Source: Scyliorhinus canicula (Eukaryota). Taken from it: 64,000 bases of DNA. The number at the start of each line of letters is the position of its first letter. Position 1 is the first letter of the stretch. The stretch is from contig NC_052172.1 in NCBI RefSeq assembly GCF_902713615.1, positions 3,844,001 to 3,908,000 of the forward strand. The letters run 5' to 3'. The translations under genes and the position numbers were made by a program. The notes beneath the pieces are model-generated. The model had not been told where the DNA came from. It did no database searches and saw only the letters and a list, made by a program, of their open reading frames with translations. Shown here piece by piece: positions 23,083-34,685 of this stretch.

Positions 23083-23671
23083 TGTCATGTGAGAGTGCCT
23101 TTAAGAAATGGGTGTTTATAAACATAGCTGTAGTGGATGTACCTTTAAGAAATGGGTATCTATCAGTGATGTCAGAGAGTGGGCTGTCTATCTGCTTTTA
23201 CTTTCACTTTGGGCTTGCAGCTACAGGGTGTGTTTAGTTTCATTTTAGATTAGGAGAAACTGCAGTCACAGCAAGATGTGTATGAATCTCACAAGCTTAT
23301 GAATGTTCATTTGGTGATTTCAAAGTGGTAACTGTTCTCAGTAGTGAAGTTAAACCTGATCTCTTTCAGTAAAGAGGGTTCTTTTGCCTTATGGATGTTG
23401 CAAGGAAAGATTAAGAGTTACTTAGAGAGTTCTGTATTCTTTGCGGAATTTATCGGTGTTGATAGTTGTTAAGATGTTTACTGTGGGTTTATAAAGTGTT
23501 AACTGGTTTCATAAATACACATTGTTTTAATTTAAAAGTACTGTAGATTCCTGTTGCATCACACCTGCAGAGTAGGGCCGTGTGCTCCCCATAACCACAA
23601 TCTATTAAAAGTTGTGGGTCAGGTGACCTCCATGATACACTTTGGGGTTCTCTAAACCCTGGCCTATAACA
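23083..23671 (+). mobile_element. Solo LTR (TG...CA) inserted in a CR1 tail
   Basis: Starts TGTCATGTGAGAG and ends CTATAACA; 4-bp TSD AGCC/AACC; the CR1 tail resumes at 23672. Confidence 0.85.
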
Positions 23672-24160
23672 AACCTGCTCCGCCATTCATCATGATCATG
23701 GCTGATCCAAGTTCAATAGCCTGATCCTGCCTCCCCTCCATATCCCTTGATCTCTTTATATCAAAGTTATATCAAATTCCTTCCTGAAATCACATAGCAT
23801 TTTAGCCTCAGCTACTTTCTGTGGCAGCGAATTCCACAAATTCACCACTTTCTGGGTGAAGAAATTTCTCTTGTGCTGGACTTCCCCCCACCATTGGGAA
23901 TATTCTTTCTGAATCTACCCTGTCTGAACCTGTTAGAATTTTATAAGTTTCTATGAGATCCCCTCTCACTCTTCTAAACTCCAATGAATAAAATCTTAAC
24001 CCATTTAGTCTCTCCTCATATGACAGTCCGGCCCTCCCAGGAATCAGCCTGGTAAACCTTCGCTGTCCTCCCTCCATAGCAGCAACATCCTTCCTCAGAT
24101 AAGGTCACCAAAACTGCCCACAATACTCCAGGTGTGACCTCACCAATGCCGATACAACTG
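23672..24160 (-). mobile_element. CR1 3' fragment
   Basis: Encodes QRRFTRLIPG...SLEFRRVRGDLIETYK. Confidence 0.9.
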
Positions 24161-24511
24161 TAGTAAAAAAAAAAAAGCACAGCCGAGCTGCCTTCACCAG
24201 AAAGTAGATATAGCTGGAAAAGTTCACTCTGGAATAAAACCAGGCAATATTGGGAAAACTCACACTGGATGCTTGCTTTCACCTGCAACTGAAAGAATCG
24301 AATCTCTCAAAGCACACGCACAGATTGTGATTTGGTGAGGACTCCTTTTGTTTTTATAAATTAAAAAGAAAAATCAATTCTGTCCCCACGTTTGCGGACA
24401 ACTCGAGGAGGCTGCTGCTTATTTAAACGTCGTCCACCTACCCCACAGTTGGATTGCTACATATTCCCCGAGTGATCAGTGGCATAAGTTAACTTTGTTC
24501 TTGAGAGGCAG

Positions 24512-24548
24512 CCGAACCAAGGTCCTGATGATAGACCTTCTGCGAATG
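24512..24548 (+). CDS. Candidate 37-nt exon (PNQGPDDRPSAN)
   Basis: ...ctttgttcttgagaggcag|; donor ATG|gtaata; phase 0 to 1. Confidence 0.4.
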
Positions 24549-24939
24549 GTAATAAAATCCACTTTTATCACGACACGTCCACTCGATTTGCTTTATCAGA
24601 CAGCAAAGTGTGGAATATGCGCAAGAAATTTGACAACTGTTCTGCTTACCCCCCCCCCCCCCCCACGCTAGTTTTCTGCTGATTGAAGGGAAAGATCATT
24701 TGTTTTATAAGCAGACCAAGTCGACTCTGATCTCAGCCTCGTTCCGTGAACTCATATTTACAGTCTGCCGTTGCCCCAGTCTGACCCAACCTACATTTCC
24801 TTGGCTGACTTGTGGCTGGTAATTGAACTTCACACCTCGCTACTCTCTGGCTAAGTCAGGAGCACTCACAGGTTCACATTTACTCGGTGCCAGGAAGATA
24901 TGACACTGGAGCTGGACCGTGGTCTGACAGCGAACACAC

Positions 24940-25805
24940 TTTCTCCCCGTGTCTGCGTGGGTTTACTCCGGGTACTCCGGTTTCTTCCCACAGCCCAAAG
25001 ATGTGCAGGTTAAGTGGATTGGTCACGATCAATGCACGGGGTTATAGGGATAGGGTGAGGGACAGTGGGCCTAGTTAAAGGAGTGTCGGTGCAGAGTCGA
25101 TGGGCTGCATGGCCTCCTTCTGCACTGTAGGGATTCTATCTCGGCCCCTCATTTCTGCTATCACCTGGAACTGGTCATCTGTGGGGAACAGCTGCAACAC
25201 TTTCTTGAGATTCTGGGTAGAAATTAATATCTTACAAGTAACTTAAAAATAACCCCTCTGAGGGCAGCGTGTGGCGCAGTGGTTAGCACTGGGACTGCGG
25301 CGCTGAGGATCCGGGTTCGAATCCCGGCCCTGGGTCACAGTCCGTGTGGAGTTTGCACATTGTCCCCGTGTTTGCGTGGGTTTCACCCCCTCAACACAAA
25401 GATGTGCAGGTTAGGTGGATTGTCCACGTTAAATTGTCCCTTAATTGGGAGAAAACAATAATTGGGTACTCTAAAAAAATTTTTAAAATAATACCGTGCT
25501 GCCTCTTTTGAGGCACAAGCAGTTAGCACTGTGGCTTCACAGCGCCAGGGTCCCAGGTTCGATTCCCCGCTGGGTCACTGTCTGTGCGGAGTCTGCACGT
25601 TCTCCCCGTGTCTGCGTGGGTTTCCTCCGGGTGCTCCGGTTTCCTCCCACAGTCCAAAGACGTGCAGGTTAGGTGGATTGGCCATGTTAAATTGCCCTTA
25701 GTGTCCAAAAAGGTTAGGAGGGGTTATGGGGATAGGGTGGAAGTGAGGGCTTAAGTGTGTCCGTGCAGACTCGATGGGCCAAATGGCCTTCTGCATATAT
25801 TCTAT
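24940..25805 (+). mobile_element. Three SINE copies (24940-25138, 25262-25475, 25520-25805)
   Basis: V-SINE core motifs. Confidence 0.85.
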
Positions 25806-26874
25806 GCCTATGTGAAAAAGATAACCCCTCTGCCTTTTGTCAATGGCATTTGCTCCTTGTAGGATTTTGGTGCCATGATTGACCTTCTGGATTGAGGCCA
25901 TGTGTGGGCTTTGACAATGACAGTTCGTAGATTATTTGAGTGTCAAGGGCTCCACGCACAAGTCGGAGTCTAAGGTAGAAGGAAAATCTGGCACGTTTTC
26001 CTCCAGACACTGAGTATCATTTTTCTTTTAAACTTCTGAGTTTAAGCAATTTGGCACTGAACAGGAAATTTAAATTACTTTTTAAAGGGTCGGGGTGGTC
26101 TATTTGGGAAAAAAACCCTCCTGTCACTCGAGTCCCAATTGGCCTGAGCTGTTTTTGTTGAATCCTCAGTTTGTTTTGCTTAACGCTTTTTTTTTATAAA
26201 AAAGAAACACCAGTCTTTTGGCAGCGTAATCAGGAAAGCTGTGCCGCTATTATTTTTGTCACTTGGACACGTGTGTTGGTATCTGGTACTTTGCAGTAAG
26301 AACGTGTCATGTAAATATTGCTTTTCAGCAAAACCACTGAGCCAGTTAATCTGTGCAGTGAAAGGCAACGCTGGTACCTCCAGTGCTGACATGAGGGCCA
26401 CTCGGCAGAGCTTCTTTTCCCCCCTCCCCTTCTCTCCTGAAGGTGCTGGTACATGCTGAGGGCAGCAGCTCTTGTGACGCCAGCCGCCAGGTGCCCTGCT
26501 TGAGTGACGGTTGTTCCTGTATAAGCCCAGACAGCAAGTGCTGTCAGATTTTTCCTAATGCTTGCGGACACAGCGGCTGGGCCATTTCCTGACCAGATGT
26601 AGGCACGATTCGGCACAGAATGGTTTCGACGCTCCTGCACGCTGTCCAACAGCCGTCAGCTGCTAGCAGTTAAGTGCAGCACCTCCAACCCCCCTTCCTG
26701 GTACCAGCTAACCCCTGCTGGGGAAATCGAAACAATGCAATCTATCAGATTTGTGTGGCTACCTGCTACCTGTTAGCGAGAGTGTGTGGCGTCACTTAAA
26801 ATCTTTCACTTGGGCAGCACAATTAGCCCTGCTGCCTCACAGTGCCAGGGACTCGGGGTCAATTCTGACCTTAA

Positions 26875-27670
26875 TAGTAATAATCTTTATTAGTGTCACA
26901 AGTGGGCTTACATTAACACTGCAATGAAGTTACTGTGAAAAGCCCCGATTCACCAGATTCCGGCCCCTGTTCGGGTACACGGAGAGAGAATTCAGATTGT
27001 CCAATTCACCTAACAGCACGTCTTTTGGGACTGGTGGGAGGAAACCGGAGCTCCCGGAGGAAACCCACGCAGACACAGGGAGAACGTGCAGACTCCGCAC
27101 AGACAGTGACCCAAGCGGGAATCAAACCTGGGACCCTGGCGCTGTGAAGCCACAGTGCTAGCCACCGTGCTGCCCATCGGCAGTAAAGCCTGACTGTCTG
27201 TATGGAGTTCGTAAGTTCTCCCGGTGTCTGCGTGGGTTTCTTTCCATACCATAATCCAAAGATGTGCAGGTTCGGTGAATTGGCCGTAATCAATTGCCCC
27301 TTGGTGTCCAAAGATGTGCAGATCAGCTGGATTGACCATGCTAAAATGAACTCTTGTGTCCAAAGATTAGCTGGTGTTATGGGGAATGGTGGGGGAGTGA
27401 GCCTAAGTAGGAAGTTCTTTTAGAGTGACGGTGCTCAGTTTGTGGACTGCATGGCCTCCTTCTGCACTGTAGGGATTTGATGATTTTTCCAATTAAGGGG
27501 CAATTTAGTGTGGTCAATCCACCTACCCTGCACATCTTTTTGGGTTGCGGGAGTCAGACTTGCGCAGACAGGGGGAGAATGTGCAAACGTCACAGGGACA
27601 GTGACCCAGGGCCGGGATCGAACCTTGGTCCTCGACGCCGTGAGGCAGCAGTGCTAACCACTGCGCCGCA
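26875..27670. mobile_element. SINE cluster (26875-27176 -, 27190-27475 +, 27484-27670 -)
   Basis: V-SINE motifs with tails c, a and d. Confidence 0.85.
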
Positions 27671-28064
27671 GTGAGGTAAAGTCAGGTTGAGAGGAAAAGC
27701 ACATGAACAGTAAAGAATATGGTGAGTTCAGCTGGGTGGTGATGACTGTCGCTAAAATCATCTACCTCTTACTGTGCCAGCATGAACAAGGCTACGTAAT
27801 CTGAATACAAAATGCAATTGTTCCAAATATAAGCAATACTCCTGGGTCCTTTTGCATAAAATTCAGCATGGTGCTTCATCTTTATTTGTAATAATATATA
27901 TTGAGCCAAAACACTACAGTACCAATTATACAGTATAAAATATCTTCGCACTCCAACTTAACACATGTTCTAAAATATCTAATTGTAGTTTTCTGTTGCC
28001 AATTACTAATGTGTTTCTTTCTCCGTTTCTCCCACCCCCTCGCCTCCCAAATTTTATTTTGCAG

Positions 28065-28096
28065 GTAGTCATTCAATGGATGAAGCTGGAAATAAG
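28065..28096 (+). CDS. Candidate 32-nt exon (GSHSMDEAGNK)
   Basis: Very strong acceptor attttattttgcag and donor AAG|gtaaga. Confidence 0.6.
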
Positions 28097-28340
28097 GTAA
28101 GAAATCTTTGATTTTTGCTGGCTTGCTGAATGGATGTCCCTTGGGGAATTCGGTCTTCTGCAGCATGTTGTCATCCTTTAGAAATTTAGAAGAATGTTAA
28201 AGGAGTGGGGAACTGTCGAGCGAAAGAAGAGCCACCTCCGTTTTCGTGAGGCAGGCTGCGATAACCAGGGCAGTGCGGGAGATAATTAAAATCATTTTTT
28301 GTTATCTTTCCCTTCGCTGTGTCTCTCCCCTCCCCTGCAG

Positions 28341-28376
28341 GCTCCGTCTTTTCGCACAGCCCCTCATCTCTCGTGA
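28341..28376 (+). CDS. Candidate last coding exon (APSFRTAPHLS*)
   Basis: Very strong acceptor tctctcccctcccctgcag after a 244-nt intron; TGA at 28374-28376; the 3' UTR runs into the gap. Confidence 0.55.
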   Translation, partial: APSFRTAPHLS

Positions 28377-28491
28377 TGGTTGAATAGTTGCACACTCTGC
28401 GTCATCTCCAGTTCTTTCCACTGTTCCACTGACAGTAGCTGTAGGCAAGATATATTCACATCCTGAGCTAAAACAGCTGATTGTTGCAGAG

Positions 28492-28686
28492 NNNNNNNNN
28501 NNNNNNNNNNNNNNNNNNNNNNNNNNNNNNNNNNNNNNNNNNNNNNNNNNNNNNNNNNNNNNNNNNNNNNNNNNNNNNNNNNNNNNNNNNNNNNNNNNNN
28601 NNNNNNNNNNNNNNNNNNNNNNNNNNNNNNNNNNNNNNNNNNNNNNNNNNNNNNNNNNNNNNNNNNNNNNNNNNNNNNNNNNNNNN
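28492..28686. other. Assembly gap (195 N)
   Basis: Run of N. Confidence 1.
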
Positions 28687-28757
28687 CTGATGTTTTTGGT
28701 CTCCTTACCTAAACATTCCATAGATTGATCACTGAGTGGAGAGTGGGTGGTGAGAAT

Positions 28758-29110
28758 CAGAATTTACAGTGCAGAAGGAGGCCATTCGGCCCATGGGGTC
28801 TGCACCGGCCCGTGGAAAGAGCACCTTACTTAAGCCCACACCTAACCCTATCCCTGTAACCCAGTTACCCCACCTAACCTAGTTGGACATTAAGGGCAAT
28901 TTATCATGGCTAATCCACCTAACCTCCACATCATTGGACTGTGGGTGGAAACCTTAACACCCAGAGGAAACCCACGCAGACACGGGGAGAACGTGCAGAC
29001 TCCGCACAGACAGTGACCCGAGGCCGGAATCGAACCTGGGATCCTGGAGCTGTGAAGCAACGGTGCTCACCACTGTGCTGACGTGCCACCCGACCACTGT
29101 GCTAACGTGC
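28758..29110 (-). mobile_element. V-SINE-like SINE, tail a
   Basis: Full head, core and tail on the minus strand. Confidence 0.88.
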
Positions 29111-29779
29111 CGTGAGGCATTCCCTAGAGTTTGGAAGAATGCCCGGTGATCTCTCTCATGCATAAAACATTCCCGCAGGACTTGACGGGTCGGCTGCTGA
29201 CAGTCTGTCTTCCTTTGGTTGGCGAGTGTAGGATTAGGGGGCACAGTCTCAAGACTGGTGGTTAGGACCGTGGCGTCCCCCTTCCTTCGGTCTAAGGTGC
29301 AGTTTCGTACCTGTTGCCAAATGCTCTCCCCTTGCTCCCGATGTGCTCGTCTCCAACCCAGTCGAGGCTTTTGAAAGGCTTAATTGCTTTGCTTTCGAAT
29401 ATTGAGGCTTTTAAACTTTTATCCACTTGTTTGGAAGGAGCTGATATCAGCTTGATGAGAGAATGCAGCAGAAAAACGGGCAGCAATCGGCAGACGAGCC
29501 AGTGGACAGGCGATGCAGGGGGGTTCCCACATCTTCCCCAATCCATCACTCGTGGCCCCTAACCTGATACATGTCCTCGCATAGAACCTTTACCGAGTGT
29601 TACACTGAGCTCAATGCATCCATTTCGACAGAGCTGGTACTTTCAGCCAAAATCCACGCTCCAGATTGTGCTCTTCAACGTTGCCAAACCTGACTTCCCT
29701 TTGTTTTAGTGTTTGGGACTCCAGATCAGAGCAGCAGCCCCCAATTTATCTTTGTTGAGTTCGAATTCTGAACAAAAAG

Positions 29780-30062
29780 ATTGTCAATCACACGAACCTG
29801 CCTCCCATCCATGGACTCCATCTACACCTCCCGCTGCCGGGGGAAAGCGGGCAGCATAATCAAGGATCCCTCCCACCCGGCTTACTCACTTTTCCAACTT
29901 CTTCCATCGGGCAGCAGATACAGAAATCTGAGAGCACGCACGAACAGACTCAAAAACAGCTTCTTCCCCACTGTCACCAGACTCCTAAATGACCCTCTTA
30001 TTGACTGACCTCATTAACACTACATCCTGTATGCTTCATCCGATGCCAATGCTTATGTAGTT
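29780..30062 (+). mobile_element. Rex1/Babar-type LINE 3' fragment
   Basis: Encodes KAGSIIKDPSHPAYSLFQLLPSG..RTNRLKNSFFP; homologous to ~63060-63210 on the minus strand. Confidence 0.85.
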
Positions 30063-30968
30063 ACATAGAACATAGAACAGTACAGCACAGAACAGGCCCT
30101 TCGGCCCTCAATGTTGTGCCGAGCAATGATCACCCTACTCAAACCAACGTATCCACCCTATACCCGTAAACTCCCCAAGTGGTTACCACCATGGCGTGAT
30201 TAGCGATCAAAATTGCAGCATAGAATCCCTACAGTGCAGAAGGAGGCCATTCAGGCCATCGAGTCTGCACCAACATGCTCCCTACCGAGGCCCACGCCCC
30301 CAACCCAGTTACCCCCCAACTAACCTTTTGGACACTTGGGGGCAATTTAGCACGGCCAATCCACCTAACCTGCACATCTTTGTCCATTATATCCATTATG
30401 CATTCTTAAATACTAAACAATTCCCCTTGGAATGTTTCTGATGTTTTTGCTAAAGGGGCATCAAGAGTATAAACAGGAAAAAAGGTTGCTATAAATCTGA
30501 TTATTTACGAGGAAACACTGAAAGATTGTCTTCTCGCCCTCTCCCCAGTGCATGTGCCAGAAAGGGATGGTAAGGGGCGGCAGAATGGTTAGCACTGCTG
30601 CCTCACAGCGCCAGGGACCCGGGTTCAATTCCAATCTCGGGTCGCTGTTTTTGTGGAGCCTGCACGTTCTCCGTGGGTTTCCTCCGGGTGGGATGGGCTA
30701 TCATAAATTGCCCCTAGGTGGGGTTGCGGGGATAGGGTGTGGGAGTGAGCCTCGGTATTGTGCTCTTGCAGAGGGTCAGTGCAGATGCGGTGGGCCGAAT
30801 GGCCCCCTTCTGCACTGTCGGGATTCTGCAATTCTTTACTTGTCAGAAGTCCAAGCAGTTATCTTTTGCCAGCTCGTTGGAGATTGCCCAGTTTTTGACC
30901 TTTCGCACTCCTCTGAGCTGCCCCTTATTGGGTCAAGTGGTGACCAGTGAGCGTTTCACAAACGTAAC

Positions 30969-33900
30969 GAGATGGTGCAAGAGGGAGGGATTCAAATTCC
31001 TAGGGCATTGGGACCGGTTCTGGGGGAGGTGGGACCAGTACAAACCGGACGGTCTGCACTTGGGCAGGACTGGAACCGATGTCCTGGGGGGGGTGTTTTC
31101 TAGAGCTGTTGGGGAGGGTTTAAACTAATGTGGCAGGGGGATGGGAACCAATGCTGGAAGTTGGAAGGTAGTAAAACAGGGACAGAAACAAAAGGAAGTA
31201 AGGGGAAAAGTGCAAGGCAGAGAAGACATAGTCAGAAATCCATAAGGGCGACAGTACAAGGTACAGTGACTGAGGGGAGCACAGTGAATAGGCCCAGTAA
31301 TAACAAAAGGAATAAAACTGGAGATGTTAAGATTCAAAACAGAGGTAAAAAAACCAACATAAGTGTACTTTACCTGAATGCTCGTAGTATTCGGAATAAA
31401 GTAAATGAGTTGGTGGCACAAATCATCGTGAAGGACTATGATTTAGTGGCCATTACTGAAACATGGTTAAAGGATGGTCACGACTGGGAGTTAAATATCC
31501 GAGGGTATCAAACTATTCGGAAGGACAGAGTGGATGGTAAGGGAGGTGGTGTTGCTCTGTTATTTAAGGATGACATCCGGGCAATAGTAAGGGATGACAT
31601 CGGTGCTATGGAGGATAAGGTTGAATCCATTTGGGTGGAAATCAGGAATAGTAAGGCGAAAAAGTCACTGATAGGAGTAGTCTATCGGCCACCAAATAGT
31701 AACGAGATGGTGGGGCAGGCAATAAACAAAGAAATAACTGATGCATGTAGAAATGGTACAGCAATTATCATGGGGGATTTTAATCTACATGTCGATTGGT
31801 TTAACCAGGTCGGTCAAGGCAACCGTGAGGAGGAGTTTATAGAATGTATCCGCGATAGTTTCCTAGAACAGTATGTAATGGAACCTACGAGGGAACAAGC
31901 GGTCCTAGATCTTGTCCTGTGTAATGAGACAGGATTGATTCATGATCTCATAGTTAGGGATCCTCTCGGAAGGAGCGATCACAATATGGTGGAATTTAAA
32001 ATACAGATGGAGGGTGAGAAAGTAAAATCAAATACTAGTGTTTTGTGTTTAAACAAAGGAGATTACAAGGGGATGAGAGAAGAACTAGCTAAGGTAGACT
32101 GGGAGCTAAGACTTTATGGTGGAACAGTTGAGGAACAGTGGAGAACCTTCCAAGCGATTTTTCACAGTGCTCAGCAAAGGTTTATACCAACAAAAAGGAA
32201 GGACGGAAGAAAGAGGGAAAATCGACCGTGGATATCTAAGGAAATAAGGGAGAGTATCAAATTGAAGGAAAAAGCATATAAAGTGGCAAAGATTGCTGGG
32301 AGATTAGAGGACTGGGAAATCTTTAGGGGGCAACAGAAAGCTACTAAAAAAGCTATAAAGAAGAGTAAGATAGAGTATGAGAGTAAACTTGCTCAGAATA
32401 TAAAAACAGACAGTAAAAGTTTTTACAAATATATAAGACAAAAAAGAGTGGCTAAGGTAAATATTGGTCCTTTAGAGGATGAGAAGGGAGTTTTAATAAT
32501 GGGAAATGAGGAAATGGCTGAGGAACTGAACAGGTTTTTTGGGTCGGTCTTCACAGTGGAAGACACAAATAACATGCCAGTGACTGATAGAAATGAGGCT
32601 ATGACAGGTGAGGACCTTGAGACGATTGTTATCACTAAGGAGGGAGTGATGGGCAAGCTAATGGGGCTAAAGGTAGACAAGTCTCCTGGCCCTGATGGAA
32701 TGCATCCCAGAGTGCTAAAAGAGATGGCTAGGGAAATTGCAGATGCACTAGTGATAATTTACCGAAATTCACTAGACTCTGGGGTGGTCCCGGTGGATTG
32801 GAAATTAGCAAACGTGACGCCACTGTTTAAAAAAGGAGGTAGGCAGAAAGCAGGAAATTATAGGCCAGTGAGTTTAACTTCGGTAATAGGGAAGATGCTG
32901 GAATCTATCATCAAGGAAGAAATTGCGAGGCATCTGGATAGAAATTGTCCCATTGGGCAGACGCAGCATGGGTTCGTAAAAGGCAGGTCGTGCCTAACTA
33001 ATTTAGTGGAATTTTTTGAGGACATTACCAGTGCAGTAGATAACGGGGAGCCGATGGATGTGGTATATCTGGATTTCCAGAAAGCCTTTGACAAGGTGCC
33101 ACACAAAAGGTTGCTGCATAAGATAAAGATGCATGGCATTAAGGGTAAAGTAGTAGCATGGATAGAGGATTGGTTAATTAATAGAAAGCAAAGAGTTGGG
33201 ATAAATGGGTGTTTCTCTGGTTGGCAATCAGTAGCTAGTGGTGTCCCTCAGGGATCCGTGTTGGGCCCACAATTGTTCACAATTTACATTGATGATTTGG
33301 AGTTGGGGACCAAGGGCAATGTGTCCAAGTTTGCAGATGACACTAAGATGAGTGGTAAAGCGAAAAGTGCAGAGGATACTGGAAGTCTGCAGAGGGATTT
33401 GGATAGGTTAAGTGAATGGGCTCGGGTCTGGCAGATGGAATACAATGTTGACAAATGTGAGGTTATCCATTTTGGTAGGAATAACAGCAAACGGGATTAT
33501 TATTTAAACGATAAAATATTAAAGCATGCCGCTGTTCAGAGAGACTTGGGTGTGCTAGTGCATGAGTCACAGAAGGTTGGTTTACAAGTGCAACAGGTGA
33601 TTAAGAAGGCAAATGGAATTTTGTCCTTCATTGCTAGAGGGATGGAGTTTAAGACTAGGGAGGTTATGTTGCAATTGTATAAGGTGTTAGTGCGGCCACA
33701 CCTGGAGTATTGTGTTCAGTTTTGGTCTCCTTACTTGAGAAAGGACGTACTGGCGCTGGAGGGTGTGCAGAGGAGATTCACTAGGTTAATCCCAGAGCTG
33801 AAGGGGTTGGATTATGAGGAGAGGTTGAGTAGACTGGGACTGTACTCGTTGGAATTTAGAAGGATGAGGGGGGATCTTATAGAAACATTTAAAATTATGA

Positions 33901-34263
33901 AGGGAATAGATAGGATAGATGCGGGCAGGTTGTTTCCACTGGCAGGTGACAGCAGAACTAGGGGGCATAGCCTCAAAATAAGGGGAAGTAGATTTAGAAC
34001 TGAGTTTAGGAGGAACTTCTTCACCCAAAGGGTTGTGAATCTATGGAATTCCTTGCCCAGTGAAGCAGTTGAGGCTCCTTCATTACATGTTTTTAAGGTA
34101 AAGATAGATAGTTTTTTGAAGAATAAAGGGATTAAGGGTTATGGTGTTCGGGCCGGAAAGTGGAGCTGAGTCCACAAAAGATCAGCCATGATCTCATTGA
34201 ATGGCGGAGCAGGCTCGAGGGGCCAGATGGCCTACTCCTGCTCCTAGTTCTTATGTTCTTATG
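30969..34263 (+). mobile_element. Young 5'-truncated CR1 LINE: ORF1 C-terminus, intact ORF2 and 3' UTR
   Basis: ORF1 end with SGNH-esterase-type DGLHL; tail ends TTCTTATGTTCTTATG; GTAAC at both junctions (30964-30968, 34263-34267). Confidence 0.95.
31128..34169 (+). CDS. CR1 ORF2 polyprotein (APE endonuclease + reverse transcriptase), 1013 aa, uninterrupted
   Basis: Motifs [54 protein letters not shown]. Confidence 0.95.
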   Translation: MWQGDGNQCWKLEGSKTGTETKGSKGKSARQRRHSQKSIRATVQGTVTEGSTVNRPSNNKRNKTGDVKIQNRGKKTNISVLYLNARSIRNKVNELVAQIIVKDYDLVAITETWLKDGHDWELNIRGYQTIRKDRVDGKGGGVALLFKDDIRAIVRDDIGAMEDKVESIWVEIRNSKAKKSLIGVVYRPPNSNEMVGQAINKEITDACRNGTAIIMGDFNLHVDWFNQVGQGNREEEFIECIRDSFLEQYVMEPTREQAVLDLVLCNETGLIHDLIVRDPLGRSDHNMVEFKIQMEGEKVKSNTSVLCLNKGDYKGMREELAKVDWELRLYGGTVEEQWRTFQAIFHSAQQRFIPTKRKDGRKRENRPWISKEIRESIKLKEKAYKVAKIAGRLEDWEIFRGQQKATKKAIKKSKIEYESKLAQNIKTDSKSFYKYIRQKRVAKVNIGPLEDEKGVLIMGNEEMAEELNRFFGSVFTVEDTNNMPVTDRNEAMTGEDLETIVITKEGVMGKLMGLKVDKSPGPDGMHPRVLKEMAREIADALVIIYRNSLDSGVVPVDWKLANVTPLFKKGGRQKAGNYRPVSLTSVIGKMLESIIKEEIARHLDRNCPIGQTQHGFVKGRSCLTNLVEFFEDITSAVDNGEPMDVVYLDFQKAFDKVPHKRLLHKIKMHGIKGKVVAWIEDWLINRKQRVGINGCFSGWQSVASGVPQGSVLGPQLFTIYIDDLELGTKGNVSKFADDTKMSGKAKSAEDTGSLQRDLDRLSEWARVWQMEYNVDKCEVIHFGRNNSKRDYYLNDKILKHAAVQRDLGVLVHESQKVGLQVQQVIKKANGILSFIARGMEFKTREVMLQLYKVLVRPHLEYCVQFWSPYLRKDVLALEGVQRRFTRLIPELKGLDYEERLSRLGLYSLEFRRMRGDLIETFKIMKGIDRIDAGRLFPLAGDSRTRGHSLKIRGSRFRTEFRRNFFTQRVVNLWNSLPSEAVEAPSLHVFKVKIDSFLKNKGIKGYGVRAGKWS

Positions 34264-34685
34264 TAACCTCTGGGGATGTTTGTTCTGTTGGTAAGGCCTT
34301 GGCTATTGCCCATCCATCATTGCCCCAAGATGGTTGTGGGAGGGTGATTATATTAGTGGCTATGCTTGTTACTTGCTTACTTTCTTCAGCCAAGTGATCA
34401 TTGTCCCACTTTGGAGTGGGCATTAAGTGTTGCTAGCGTCGTGTGGGACTGGAGTCCTAGGTAGGTTAAATCAGGTAGGAAATGGTAGGGCTCCTGTCTT
34501 GTGATTCACTGCACAGATGGGTCCTTTAGGACGATCTGGCAGCTTTTATGGTCTTTTTCTTGTGCCAGTGAACAACTCCATGGATCAGAATCTTAGAATC
34601 CATATCCGCATGACAGCATCACAGTTAAAAGTTCAAAGTTCCATCCAAGAATATGAATGTGAATAGAACTATTATTAATACATTG

